NCBI GenBank assembly: GCA_013239625.1
Contig: MU054187.1
Location: 808,001-872,000 of the forward strand
Length of the DNA stretch: 64,000 bases
From: Lama guanicoe
Lineage: Eukaryota
Direction of reading: 5' to 3'
Shown: in pieces, positions 11,051 through 22,802 of the stretch
Layout of the letters: each line of letters opens with the position of its first letter
Numbering within the stretch: position 1 is the first letter of the stretch
Program-made: the position numbers and the translations under genes
Notes under the pieces: model-generated
Seen by the model: the letters and a program-made list of their open reading frames with translations, nothing else
The model's database searches: none
What the model was told of the DNA's origin: nothing

Positions 11051-11800
11051 CTGCTGCGGCCGGAGCCGTCCCTCCTGCAGCCGCCGCACGTGTCGGTAGA
11101 GGAGTGAGCACGAAGCAGCGCGAAGGGTCCTTCCCCGCGGTGACAAGTGCCGAGGGCGCGGACGGAGGTCTGTGGGCGGGGCCGGGGCGGGGCCGGTGGC
11201 TCCGGGGGGCGTGGCCTGGGCAGGACGCTGGGAAGACGGCTGCGCGGGGCAGCTGGACGGGCGGGGCCGGGGCGGGGCCGGCGGGGCCGGGGAGGCGTGG
11301 TCCGGGCCGGACTCTGGGAGGACAGCGGCGCGGGACTGCCGGAGGGGCGGGGCCTGCGGCTCCGGGGGCGTGGTCCGGGCCGGACTCTGGGAGGACAGCG
11401 GCGCGGGGCTGCCGGAGGGGCGGGGCCTGCGGCTCCGGGGGCGTGGTCCGGGCCGGACTCTGGGAGGACAGCGGCGCGGGGCTGCCGGAGGGGCGGGAAG
11501 CGGGGGCACCGTCCCACGCGCCGCGTGCCGGGCCAGCCTCCCGCTGAACTGCCGCCCGGAGGAGGTTCCCTCGCGGGGAGCTGGGATTCTCCACCTGGAG
11601 GTCCGTTGTCCACGGCGTCCGTTCCCGGCGAAGCCCAGGATGAGCCGCGGCGGGCGTGGGCCTCTGTGCGTCCTTCTTAAAGAAACCTGTGGCCTACGGA
11701 CGAGTTGTTCAAAGCCACGCTGTGTGGCAACCGCACGCAGTAAACTCACCGACATCCTTTCCATCCTTGCCTCGCCAGGGTCTCCGGGCCCGGAAGTAAT
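10880..11800. promoter_or_regulatory. CpG island / candidate promoter with a dense GC-box cluster and an ETS site
   Basis: Extremely GC- and CpG-rich by eye. Many GGGGCGGGGC and GGGCGTGG boxes in 11175-11500; CCGGAAGT at 11790-11797; CACGTG at 11087-11092. Confidence 0.8.
11199..11497 (+). repeat. GC-rich minisatellite, 73-bp unit, ~2.8 near-identical copies plus one degenerate copy
   Basis: ggcgtggtccgggccggactctgggaggacagcggcgcggg starts at 11294, 11367 and 11440; diverged copy from ~11199. Confidence 0.95.
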
Positions 11801-13537
11801 CTTCTCCCCACCTCTCACACCAAATGACTAAATACACTGCTGTTATTTAATTTTTTTCTAATTTCTCTTTAAAACATTGTCTTCTTAGAAATATTTCGTG
11901 TCAAAGGACTAGAAAAAGACAGTGCCACACCTTTGGTCTCCTTCCTCGGTAGTTTAGAAAGAATGCATCTCAGTTTTGGTGCCTGAAAATCTGCTCTTGT
12001 TACACTGTGATTATTTGGTTCTCAAAAGGTCTATGGGGAAGAAGTCTGCTGTGTTCCTGATACAGTGCTTCGAACAACTTTTAGTCAATCTCTAAATGCA
12101 TTTAAAATAAATTCCTTATAACCAAATTTGTATTTCACTTATTTAGAAAAATAATCTGTATTTTTGTTTTAGTTTTATCTACATAGGTGGGATGTAAAGT
12201 TTTGCTTTGTCATTTTTAATTAGGTACATTGAAACGTATTTGCCTCCAGGTTGTAAATGCAAAATAGATTAAATCCTTTGCATTACAGTGATTATTTGAT
12301 TAAGCCAGTTGGCATGTGAGCATCATAAATATTTTATCCTTTTTCTGTACTTCGCAGAGGTTTCTAAATTACTGAATGAATGGTTATGAAAACTATGATT
12401 TGTACCTGGACTCACTGCAAAGGTTAGGATTTTGAAATTCCTTTGCAAGGAAGAGTGGCAAACATTCTACTTTCAAATAAACTACCTTGAATGCATTTGT
12501 GCAATCTTAGAGAGCACTTCAAAGGAGCTGGCCGTCCAGATTTCAAGCTACAGCTCACCGTGAAAAAAGAAGACATAAAGCCCCCAATATCTGCTCGTCC
12601 TCTGCACGCCTTCTCCTCCTGCAGCAGCTGCTTCCCACTCGGGGGGAGGCCGTGCAGCCCCTCCTGTGTGAGCTGCCCCAGGTTGGGCTGCAGTCCTGAA
12701 GGCGGGAGCACATCTGAGCCTGTCTGGTGACTGCGGGGCTGAAATGCGCCTAAATTCTGGTCTCCACGGGAGTCGTAGCCCACACTGAAGGCACAGCAGA
12801 AGCATACTTCACTCAAAGCGGCACTGCAGGACCGGAAGAGGCGTTTTGAAATCCTATCTTTAAAAAAAATTGTTTTCTATTGCATTTTTATGTTGAAACA
12901 CAGTAGTTGTTTCCTGTTAGCTGACATAAATAACATAAAGAACACTGTCAGCCAACGAGTTGGAAGTGCTGACAATCCTAGGCTTCAAGATGTAACTCAC
13001 GGGGCAGTCGCACCCTTTCATGCGGCTTGGAGTTATCCCCGCATTTGCTCAGTAGATTAAAATGAGTGCATGTTTAAATGCCATTGATAAGCCATTATTT
13101 TGTATTTTGCTTAAAGAGTTTATGTAGTTGTTTTGTTACATTTGGCATAAAAGAAAAATGAAACACTGCAGCATCTAGGCAAGGAAGTGTCAGAACAACG
13201 AGGGATCTCTCATCACTGAAAGTGGAGGGAAGGGCAGTGGCGGGAAACACTGGAGCAGCTCTGAGGGAGATCTGCGAAGTGGCAGTTTGCCTCTGGTGAC
13301 AGCGGCGTGTATGTGCTTCAGGGGAAAACACCTGGTGGTAAAAATGGACAACAGAGGCTCAGTGTTCCTAAATGAAGAAAGGGGTTTTTTCTTTTTTTTT
13401 GGATGTGAAGTAGTTTTGCTTAAACATACTTAAAAAGTTTACCCGTCTGTAGCTGGCCAATTAATTCCAGTTCAGCCAACAGGTATTTTCCTTTCAAAAG
13501 CCAGCTTTAAACACTATTCTATACTCCTCCTTCTGTC

Positions 13538-13638
13538 AAAATTCTAGAAAATGTTAAATTTAAAAATTCTAGAAAACACTTAATTTCAATAACCTAGAAA
13601 ACATTAAATACCAACATTCTTAAAAATATTGCATTTCA
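13538..13638 (+). repeat. Degenerate AT-rich minisatellite, 25-bp period, ~4 copies
   Basis: ttctagaaaa-like core at 13542, 13567, 13592 and 13617. Confidence 0.75.
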
Positions 13639-13861
13639 GTGTATCAAGTCTGTCTGCAGCTAGTTATTATGATGTCATTTCCAGCGCTTTGGTGAACACT
13701 GAGCTTCCCCGGATGGCAGTGATGACCTCTCTGATGCTCAATAATTAAAATGGTAGGTGATGGAGAGAAAGGCTGGAAAATACCACAGAAGTGTACAAAC
13801 TGCGTGAGACTCTTGCTCTTGTCTAAAGCAGCGGCAATTTATCTCAGCAAAGCTGCAGCCC

Positions 13862-14085
13862 CACAGTTCTCCAGATCTGGGGTGTCTGAGGTTCCTGCGG
13901 GGAGTCTGATAAAATGCCGATACCAGGACTCCAGCTCCAGAAACCCTGAATCAGTGGTCCTGAGCTGTCGTCTGGGAATTTCTTCTTTGCTAAGGGCTCC
14001 TTGACTTGCGCTGACACGCAGAGTCGTGCTTTATTGGATGGGCATAATCTGCAGCCTCCCTCCACCAAACTTGGGAACAAGCTAC
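13862..14085. mobile_element. MER5-like hAT-Charlie DNA transposon relic
   Basis: cagttctccagatc...ataaaatgccgataccaggactccagctccagaaaccctgaatcagtggtcctgag...gggaatt...ttgggaacaagct resembles MER5A/B. Confidence 0.55.
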
Positions 14086-15726
14086 CGTGCGCAGCTCTAG
14101 CTGGACCTTCAGGTGTGAAAACTCAGGGGCCTGGGAGAGCGTGCGGGTGATTCCGGAACCCAAACCACGTAACACAGAGAAGTTATTTCAAATGGGGCAG
14201 GGTTAGGAGTTGAACATGCGTAACCAGTCGACTCCAGTGTTTGGAGGGAGAGCTGGAGTTTGGAAGGGTTTTCCATTTTGGCAGACAATTTTCTCCTACA
14301 TCCTCAAATGTTAACGATTACCCAAAACTGCTCATTTTAAGTTAAAATGTATTTGTTTTTCAGTTCCTAATTCATTCGTGACCTATGTTAGAGATAAATG
14401 TAATTTAAAAGAATGATTGTTTTTCTTCATGTATCTCCATTGCACACCTGTCATAAAAAATGCACATTGTGCTTCTTTGGTAATAATATTTCTTTTTTGT
14501 CATTGCATCTCAGAGCAATGGCTGTCAAAATAAATATGGCTGTAAAATCATTTAATTTGCAAAAATTGCAGTTGTTGAATTCAGTCATTGTAGACTGAGA
14601 CTCTTGTCATGGGGTTGGTGCAGGATTCAAAATTTTTGGGATTTTGGGATGATTACATAGTGCTTATGCACTGTTATTCCCGGGATCTAAGCACATTATT
14701 GCTGCTGCAAGAGCACAGGGTGCAGAAAAGAGGAGATTGTAAGTAGCCCCACATTTGGATCAAGTTTTGATTTGCATGATTATCTAAGTAAATCACTGTC
14801 TTCAGAATCAGGAATTAAGAACTTCAGAAAAAGGACTGTAGACATTTGTAGAGCATCTTATTCTATTTTCCCCACCAAAACATATTTAACTGATTGTACT
14901 ATTTTTCTTTGTTTACCTTTGTAACTTTAAATATACCTGTGTTTCTACCAGATATCTTAGCAGCATTTAACTACATCTCTGCCAACCGGCTATTTTAAAA
15001 AATTGAGGAAACCTGAGTTGTACAGAAACTACATTTCCCCCCCTTCCATTGTGAGCAATTTTATATCATTTCTACATTGCCAAGATCTACAATTTTTACA
15101 TTTTTTTCTGTAACCATAATTACTGCATTTATTTCAGAGTTTAGGCAAACAAGTCACGTACTCCATATCCGTGCTGGAATTTTGCCATAATCATTTAATT
15201 CACTAATTTGTTGGCTGAGGTTCGTTCTCTAATAGTTTCCCGAAGAATAACTTATGGAAACAAGACTCCCCAGGCTCTCACATGCCTGTGTGTGGGTCCT
15301 TAATTCTGACTGTCTTGCACTGTTGTTTGGCTGTGCTGGAAGTTCTTGGACCATTCTTCTTCCCCTGAGGACTTTGTGGGCACTGTTCTAAGGTCGTCCA
15401 GCCTCGAAGACTGCACATATAGCTGGACTCTGCCTTTTTCTTTCTTTGTAAGAAGAGCAACATTTTATGTAACTATTCAAATTATTGTTTGTGAAGTAAA
15501 TTCAGGGAGCCATCTTAGTGTTGCTTGTTTCGTGCCATTTCCCCTCCTGCATTTACAGCGTTTCTTTTACATGCAAAGATTTGAGTAATTCTTTATATCT
15601 GGAGATCTTCCTTTCATGGTGTAGGGAATTTTGTTTGTTTGTTTCATTTTTCTGGTTCTTTTCTCGGACACAGATGTGTATTTGAGTTCCATTTTCCCTT
15701 TTATTTTTGTGTTTTCTGATAATACT

Positions 15727-16720
15727 TTAAAAATTAAAACAGAATTTACGTACTGTAAAATCTACTCTTTTAAACTGTGTAATTCAGTGAATTTTAGTAT
15801 GTTTGCAAAGTTGTGCAACGTTCACCATTACCTAATTCTAATTTCATCACCCTCCAAGCAAGCCGCATTCACGTTCACGCTCACCTCTCCCTGCTCCCTC
15901 CACCCAGACCGTGGGAACCACAAATCCACTCGCTGCTTAGTCTGGACATTGTGAGTGGTTAATCGTACAGGCTCTCTTAGTTGCCATAAGGTTCTAAACG
16001 TCCACCCACACTGTCAGGTGTATTTGTACCTTCTCCTTCTTCGTGGCTGAGTGTTAGTCTACTTGTGGATGCATCACAGTTGTTTTGTTCACTCATCCGT
16101 TCACGCACATTTGGGTTGTTTCCACTTTTTGACTATTGCGAATAACACCGGTATGAACATGCATGCGTGAGCCTTTGTGTGAAATTGTGCTTATTTCTCT
16201 TGGTTTTGTACCTAGGAGTAGACTTGCTGGGTCCGTTGGTGACTGTTCAACTTTCTGAGAAACTGACAGACTGTTTTCCAAAGCACTGCACAAGTTTCTG
16301 TTCCCAGTGGAGATTTATGAGGGTTCTAGTTGTCCCACATCCTTGCCAACACTTGTATTTCCCTGATGACTAATGATGTGGAACATCTTTCCACAGGCTT
16401 ATTGGCCAGTTTTATACTTTTTTGAAGAAACGTCTATTCAAAGTCTTTATACACTTTCAGCTGGGTTGTCCTTTTATTGTTGCATTTTAGTGTCCTTTAT
16501 ATATTTTAGTTACTAGATCAATTAAATGATTTGCAAACATATTCTCTCATTCTGTGGGCTGTCTTTTTACTTTGTTGGCAATGTCCTTCGAAGCACAAAA
16601 GTTTTGATTTTAATAAAAAGCCCAGTTTATCTTTAAAACATTTCCCCCTGATTGTTTGTGGTTCTGGGATTGTGGGTAAGTAGCTGCTGCATGATGAAGA
16701 TTTCTCCCTGTGCTCCTTCT
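15727..16720 (-). mobile_element. Old L1MB-type element (3' end and ORF2 remnant), within a larger L1-rich block ~14850-17330
   Basis: aatttacgtactgtaaaatctactcttttaaactgtgtaattcagtgaattttagtatgtttgcaaagttgtgcaac...; catttgggttgtttccactttttgactattgcgaataac. Confidence 0.8.
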
Positions 16721-18084
16721 AAGAGCTGAGTGCCTCACAGGCTTTTCCTGGTCACGCGAACATGGCCGTCTAAATTTCCAGGGGCATAGCAAAGCTTTTC
16801 AAACATCTATGGAGCTCTCTTTCCCCAGCTTTTCCTTTTAAGCTTTTTGGTTACCCTAATTTCTCCCAGCTGTTATTCCCTGCCTCTGGCACCTGCCATG
16901 TGAAATGATTGCTTCTGACTGTTTTTGTCAAACACCTCCAAGGAAACACTGTTCAGGCTCCTGCAGGACGAACTCTGAGTCAGATCAACAGCCTTGGGGG
17001 TGGGGTCTTCGGGAGAACCACCAGAAAGTCAAAACAAGCAAAATTCCTTGGAAATGCAGCTCCGGAGGAGCTCAAAGTCTGTTGTGCCTTCTCAGGTCAC
17101 TGCAAGGCTGTTGGTTTTCACCGTGATGGCAGGTGTTGTCAAGCCTCATATAGAACTGGGGAGAGGAGTATGGAAATGGATGTTGAACTGCCACAAAGTT
17201 TATATTCTTAACAATAATTAGTCCTTTTTTTAAAAAGAATAAGTGTTTGGTTAATTTCTAAAGTTCTGAAAAAGTTGATTCTGACAGTGTTTGTGATTAT
17301 TCTCATGGCTTTCATGAAAGAGGGTAGAACAGTGTCTTGTAATGACCTATGATGGAAAAGACTCTGAGAAAGAATAGATAAATATATATATTTAAAACAG
17401 ACAAAAGCATAGCTTTCGTTTGTCTAGGTTCTTTACATTAAATGAGAATCAGGGCGGGTTCCTTGTTAGCCTCGCCCCTGTTGCTGTCACCACCGTAGAC
17501 GGGTCTGCTGGCTTGCAGCTCAGTCTGCACCGCTTCCCAGGCACAGGGTGACCCACTGACCTCGTCTGAAATCCACGAACTTCTGTGCGTGTCTCTGTGC
17601 ACGTCTCTTTCGTCTTCACTGTTTTTACTTTTTACCTTCCTTTCCTCCTATTTTGTGGTCCATAGGTTAAAAAGTCTCTGAATTTTACTGGAGACTGATT
17701 GTTCAGTTCTGCTTTTCCCCTGTCTTGCTTACCTTAGATGAATTTCAGGAGGAAGGAGTATTGTAAGACGTGACTTTATGTTGCCATATTAAAACGGGCA
17801 TTTCCAGTCCTAGCTTATGTTAACTTCATATACTACCAGGAAAAAGTAATTAACTTTAGCATTTGGAATACACATGTGCAAGATCATCACACTGGAATGC
17901 ATGCTTGAATTTGGATCACCACAGGATTAATTAATTGGAATTATCTGCTTAAAATATCTTGTTAGGCCCCTTGGGACCAATAATTATTTATATAACATCT
18001 TTTCTGGGCTAGAACTTAAGGCTGCAATTAAACATTGAGTGGTTTACATGACGATAGAACATATAAATCTGAGTCTACATTATA

Positions 18085-18320
18085 GTTTAGCTTTGGAGCT
18101 ATAAATTCAGACTGTATCTGTCAAAATCTCACCTTTAACCATTTCTGTGTGACTTGGAAGAATTTTCTGAATTGAAATCGCACTTTTCTAATCTTCAGGA
18201 TAGGAATAATCAAAAAGAAGCCCCAAAGCTATCACTTGGGTTGATTGTAATGTAATGAAATAACACACCTACAGCTTCTAAGCCGGTGACTGGCATGTAA
18301 TACACACGTCACGCATTTGA
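18085..18320 (+). mobile_element. MIR
   Basis: agctttggagc...cagact...tgtgtgacttggaagaatt...ataggaataatc...tggcatgtaat, MIR core-like. Confidence 0.55.
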
Positions 18321-18659
18321 GCTGATTTATAGTTAGCTGTTTTAATGTGTATGGAACATGCAGAGTAGGAACATGTTCTAACCAAGTGGGTTAATTAGCT
18401 AGAGATTTTTAGGTGCAGAGTTTTCTATTTTTATAAATGTAAATATTTTTTAAATGCTGTAAATACTCTATCGGCAGGAAAGCGGTAGTGTTTGCCTCTT
18501 GCAGAGGCATCGCCCGTGTGTCCTTGATCTTCACAGTGAGCCAGTGAGGTGTGCAGATCAGGTGGGAAGAGAAATAACAGGAACACAGGTGTATTTCTCC
18601 ATCGCTCTGTGTAAAACAGCGTGTGGGGATGGGCTTCACCGACACTGCCATGAAGGTGG

Positions 18660-18830
18660 AGTCAGCGTGGTGAAGTGGAGAACATTCTGGTTTTGGAGGC
18701 AGACAGACCCAGACCTGGCCTTGTCAGCCTGCTGGCGGTGAGATCTTCAGCAGGTTACCTGACACCTCTGAATTCCATCTCTTATATGCCAGTGGTAACA
18801 AGACTGTCTCATCCCGCAGGTGACTGAGAA
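18660..18830 (+). mobile_element. MIR
   Basis: agcgtggtgaagtggagaacattctggttttggaggcagacagacc...gagatcttcagcaggttacctgacacctctga. Confidence 0.65.
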
Positions 18831-19511
18831 AACTCTTAGTTACTTCCCCCCATTCTTCTGGGTTTCACGCTGCTGATGATTCCAAGGCAAACATGTTTAG
18901 GTAATTATTTTCTTTACTGATCCTAAGACCAGGGAAGCCACAACTGAAATGATTTAACGTTAGGTGGATAGTGTCAAGGAATGTTAAGAGTAATTGAATT
19001 TTTAAAAAATGGGGTTGATAATGTAGACTGCCCACTTCCTGGAAAGCACTTGCTTTCTCGGGCCAGCATCCAGCACAGAGCTTGGGGTGCTCAGTGATGC
19101 TTTTGAACCAATACCCTTGTCTGTCAAAGCCAAGGTCAGCTCAAGGTCATGACTCGGTTGGGGAAGGGGCACTCCCCAGGTGCTTCCATGCAGAGGCTGA
19201 GGCTGGGGTGCGTGGTGGGGTCACCCTCGGGAACAGCTGTTGCTACTTCCGAGTGGAGATAGGCAGAGAGGCAGGGACTCCCTGACCTGGCTTCCTGGGG
19301 CTGCCCTAATCAAAGACCACAAGCTGACGGCTGGAAGCAACACTGATTTACTCACGCACAGTTCTAGGGCTCAGGGGCCCAGGGCTACCGTCGGGAGGCC
19401 GGCAGGACTGTGCTCCTCCCGGAGGCCCTAGGGGAGAGTTCGTTTCCTTGCCCTTGTCCAGCTCCCAGAGGCTGCCCGTGTGCCTTGGTCGTGGCCGCCT
19501 TCCCCTGCACC

Positions 19512-19927
19512 TGTTGTGGAGAATAGCTTCTTGTCTGGATCAGGAAAGAATTCAAGAGCGAGGCATAATAAAGTGAAAAGAGGTTTATTCAGGAGAAACA
19601 CAGCCCACAGACAAGTGTGGGCCATCTCTGAAGGCAAGAGAGAGACCATAAGGTGTGGGGTTGTTGGTTTTATGGGCTTGGTAATTTCCAGTAGGAGGAC
19701 TGTTCCAGCTATTGGGGGAAGGGGCAGGGGTTTCCAGGAATCGGGCCCCCGCCCACTTTTTGACCTTTTTTGGTCAGCCTAGGAACTGTCACGGTGCCTG
19801 TGGGTGTGCATGAGGCTCAGGATCCACTGGAAGTCGAGTCTTCCACCATCCTGTTCTAACCAGTTTGTCCTCAATTGCTGTGTCACTCCTTCATGGGTGC
19901 TGCCCTGTCCCCTTCCCTCCTGTCTCA
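19512..19927 (-). mobile_element. Solo LTR, ERV1-type (416 bp)
   Basis: TG...CA termini, perfect 4-bp TSD cacc (19508-19511 / 19928-19931), AATAAA on the minus strand near 19583-19588. Confidence 0.85.
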
Positions 19928-20097
19928 CACCCAAACACAGCGCAGAGTGCTGAGTCCTCACGATGATCATCCCGCATCCAGTCGTCAGGGCCCTGTGGTC
20001 ACTTCAGAGCCACTCGAATAACCCAGGATAATTTCCCATCTCCAGGTAGTTCACTGAATCACATTTGCAAAGTCTCTCTGCCATTACGTAGCATGTG

Positions 20098-20622
20098 TGC
20101 TGGAAACAACCTAAATGTCCATTGATAGGTGACTGGATAAAGAAACTGTGGTACATTTATACAATGGAATACTACTCAGCCATAAAAAAGAATGAAATGA
20201 TGCCATCTGCAGCCACATGGATGGACCTGGAGATCAACATTCTAAGTGGAGTAAGCCAGACAGAGAAGGAAAAATACCATATGAGATCACTCATATGTGG
20301 ACTCTAAAGAAAATGACACAAATAAGCTTATTTACAAAAGAGAAATACACTCATAGACACAGAAAACAAACTTATGGTTACCGGGGGGAAAGGGAAGGGG
20401 GTGAGAAGGGATAAACTGGGAGCTGGAGATTTCAGATTCTAACTACTACATAGAAAACAGGTAAACAGGTTTCTTCTGTGCAGCACAGGCAGCTCTAGCA
20501 GTAGTCACCTATATTGCAGAAGAATATGAGCAGGAATAATGTAAGTGTGTGCATGGCTGACACATGAGGCTGTGCACCAGACATCGACCCAACATTGTAA
20601 CTGACCACACTTCAATAAAAAA
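20098..20622 (+). mobile_element. 5'-truncated L1 (ORF2 C-terminal peptide plus 3'UTR)
   Basis: [32 protein letters not shown]...[11 protein letters not shown] followed by a 3'UTR ending cttcaataaaaaa. Confidence 0.92.
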
Positions 20623-22074
20623 GCAGCATTTTGCAGCTTCCAGGGATGAGTATATGAGCGTCTTTGAGGGGACGTTGCCTGCCTACCGCCGAGCTCTGGA
20701 GCAAAGATAAATTACGTTAGCCCGGAGCCTGGGTGCGAGGCTGGGGCGCCTCCCTGCACAGCAGCAGGAGTGGAAAGCTACCTGCTGTGCCTTCCGCTGA
20801 CTCTCACCTGTTTCCTTCCAGACCAAAGCAGCGCCGATCAGCTCTGAGCGTCCTCAGGCACGTAGGCACCAGGCTGCAGGCACCCCTCACACGTCAGTGT
20901 ACTTCTTCCAGCTGCTCCAGATTTAGAAAGTGTTTATGCCTAAAGTGAGTTTAAGGACAATTGGAAGCAATTACTGCCTTGCCGTACTTTTCAGAAATAC
21001 AATACAGTGAAAGGAATGAGGGGAGGGTGGTTCTCGGGGGAATAACTGCCTTTTAGGGCAGAGTCCCCTGGTAGCCGGTCTACCTTCCAGTGATAATCGT
21101 CTCCCACCGAGTCCGAGATGGCTTGTCAACCGCTCTGTGAATTTAACGCCGTGCAGGGCACTCGCTCCCCTGCAGACTGTCCGCTGAGACAAGTCTGTCA
21201 GCTCTGCTCCTCCGTGCTTCCCTCCCAGGCCCGCATTTTCCAGCGACTGTAGGTGGTGAGAGGGCCGAGGACCCCCCCTCCTGAGTATTCGAGCAGTCAG
21301 GTAGGAAGTGGCACTTTCAGGACTCCTGGGAGAGCTTAAGACCCAGCGTTGGCTTCCCTACACGAACAGCTGCCCAGAGCACACATTTAAAGTCAGCCAA
21401 TTTTTTTTTCTCTCTGCATCTGCCTTAGACCTTCCAAGCTCCTCCCGAGTCTCATTTCATCGTGCGTCTGTGTCCTCGCGTGTTTCTCCGGGTCTGCTCA
21501 GACGCACCTGCATGCACACCCGACACAGCCACCCTCTCTCGCTTTTACAAAGCGGGGCTTGCAAGGTATCATTCCTTTTGCTTTGCCTTATGAACAGCAA
21601 GGTGAGGCTGAAGTTCCTGTTGAAGGAAGCATTTTTCCCCTTTATTTTCAGGATCAACTCCAAGAATTCAAGGACATGGGGGTCTGAGTTAGGATTGGAT
21701 GCAAGTAGTAAATTCCGTAGGAGGGTAATTGTGTTTGTTCGTTTGGTGTCAGCGAATGAAGGCGCCAAGAGAAACTCAAACCGCTTCCTGGGAAGTCAGT
21801 CAGCCGAGCCGCCCCTCCAGGCCTGCTGGTCCAGCAGGAGGCGCAAGCTGTCTCCCTCTGGGCTGCTGTTTTTTGCCAAAGTGAGTTAACAACCCAATTA
21901 CAAATCATCTGAAGTCAGTTTAAATGTGCTTTGCAAGTAAAGTCAACACACTTCCAGTGGTGGTGGGGTTGGAGGTAGTTCCCGCGTCCAGACAGTTTGG
22001 GGCTGTATCACCTGACATCTGTTACAGCCTGTTCCACCTTAACCAGCCTTGAAATGTTTAGAAGTGAATTGTCA

Positions 22075-22448
22075 AAGAATCTAAAAAAGCTGAATTGGTG
22101 AAAACAGAGAGTAAAGCGGGGGTTACCGGGGGTGTAGGGTGGGGCAAGAGGAGAGATGCTTTTCATGGTATAAACTTGGAACGGGTAGTAAATAAACCCT
22201 AGCGATCTAATGCACGGCACAGAGAATATGGGCAAAAACATCGCATTGTAATCACCAAGAGGCTAGACCTCAACCATTCCCACCACAGAAAGGAAATCTT
22301 AACTGTGTAACTGAATCGAAGTGCTGACTTTTGCTGCAGTGGCAGTCACATTACAACACATCAACGTATCAAATCAACACGGTGTACACCTTCAACTTAC
22401 ACAATGTTATATATCAAATATATTTCCATAAAAAGTAAATTTTAAAAA
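22075..22448 (+). mobile_element. L1MA-like 3' end
   Basis: gaatctaaaaaagctgaa...gtatcaaatcaacacggtgtacaccttcaacttacacaatgttatatatcaaatatatttccataaaa. Confidence 0.8.
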
Positions 22449-22536
22449 GTCAAGTCATTCTTTGCAATTTTCCCTTCCTTTCAGCAGTTTATTTTCCATT
22501 TTGTAAAAATCTGAAAATTACTTTTCCCCTTAAATA

Positions 22537-22755
22537 TTTTTCTTTTCTTTTCATTCTTTTCCTCCCTCCCTCCCTTCCTCTCTCCCTCCCTTCCTCTCTC
22601 CCTCCCTTCCTCCCTTCCTCCCTTCCTCTCTCCCTCCCTTCCTCCCTCTTTCTTTCTTCCTTCCTTCCTTTCTTCCTTCCTTCCTTCCTTCCTTTCTTTC
22701 TTTCTTTCCTTTCTTCCTTTCTTCCTTTCTTCCTTTCTTTCTTTCTTTCTTTTTT

Positions 22756-22802
<47 letters not shown>

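Larger units (their letters stand above)
19283..20690. mobile_element. MLT1-family MaLR LTR in three pieces (19283-19511, 19932-~20095, ~20623-20690)
   Basis: ggggctgccctaatcaaagaccacaagctgacggctggaagcaacactgatttactcacgcacagttctagg...; aatcacatttgcaaagtctctctgcc...; tccagggatgagtatatgagcgtctttgagggg...ctgcctacc. Confidence 0.75.

Noticed and set aside
10828..11831. Six overlapping long ORFs (147-316 aa) across the CpG island
   Set aside because: Open on both strands and in all frames because stops are rare at very high GC. Low-complexity P/R/G/A products; the 73-bp repeat unit is not a multiple of 3.
21457..21768. 103-aa minus-strand ORF and overlapping 84-aa ORF
   Set aside because: Non-ATG or weak starts, an in-frame stop just upstream, and no homology; the splice signals favour the + strand.
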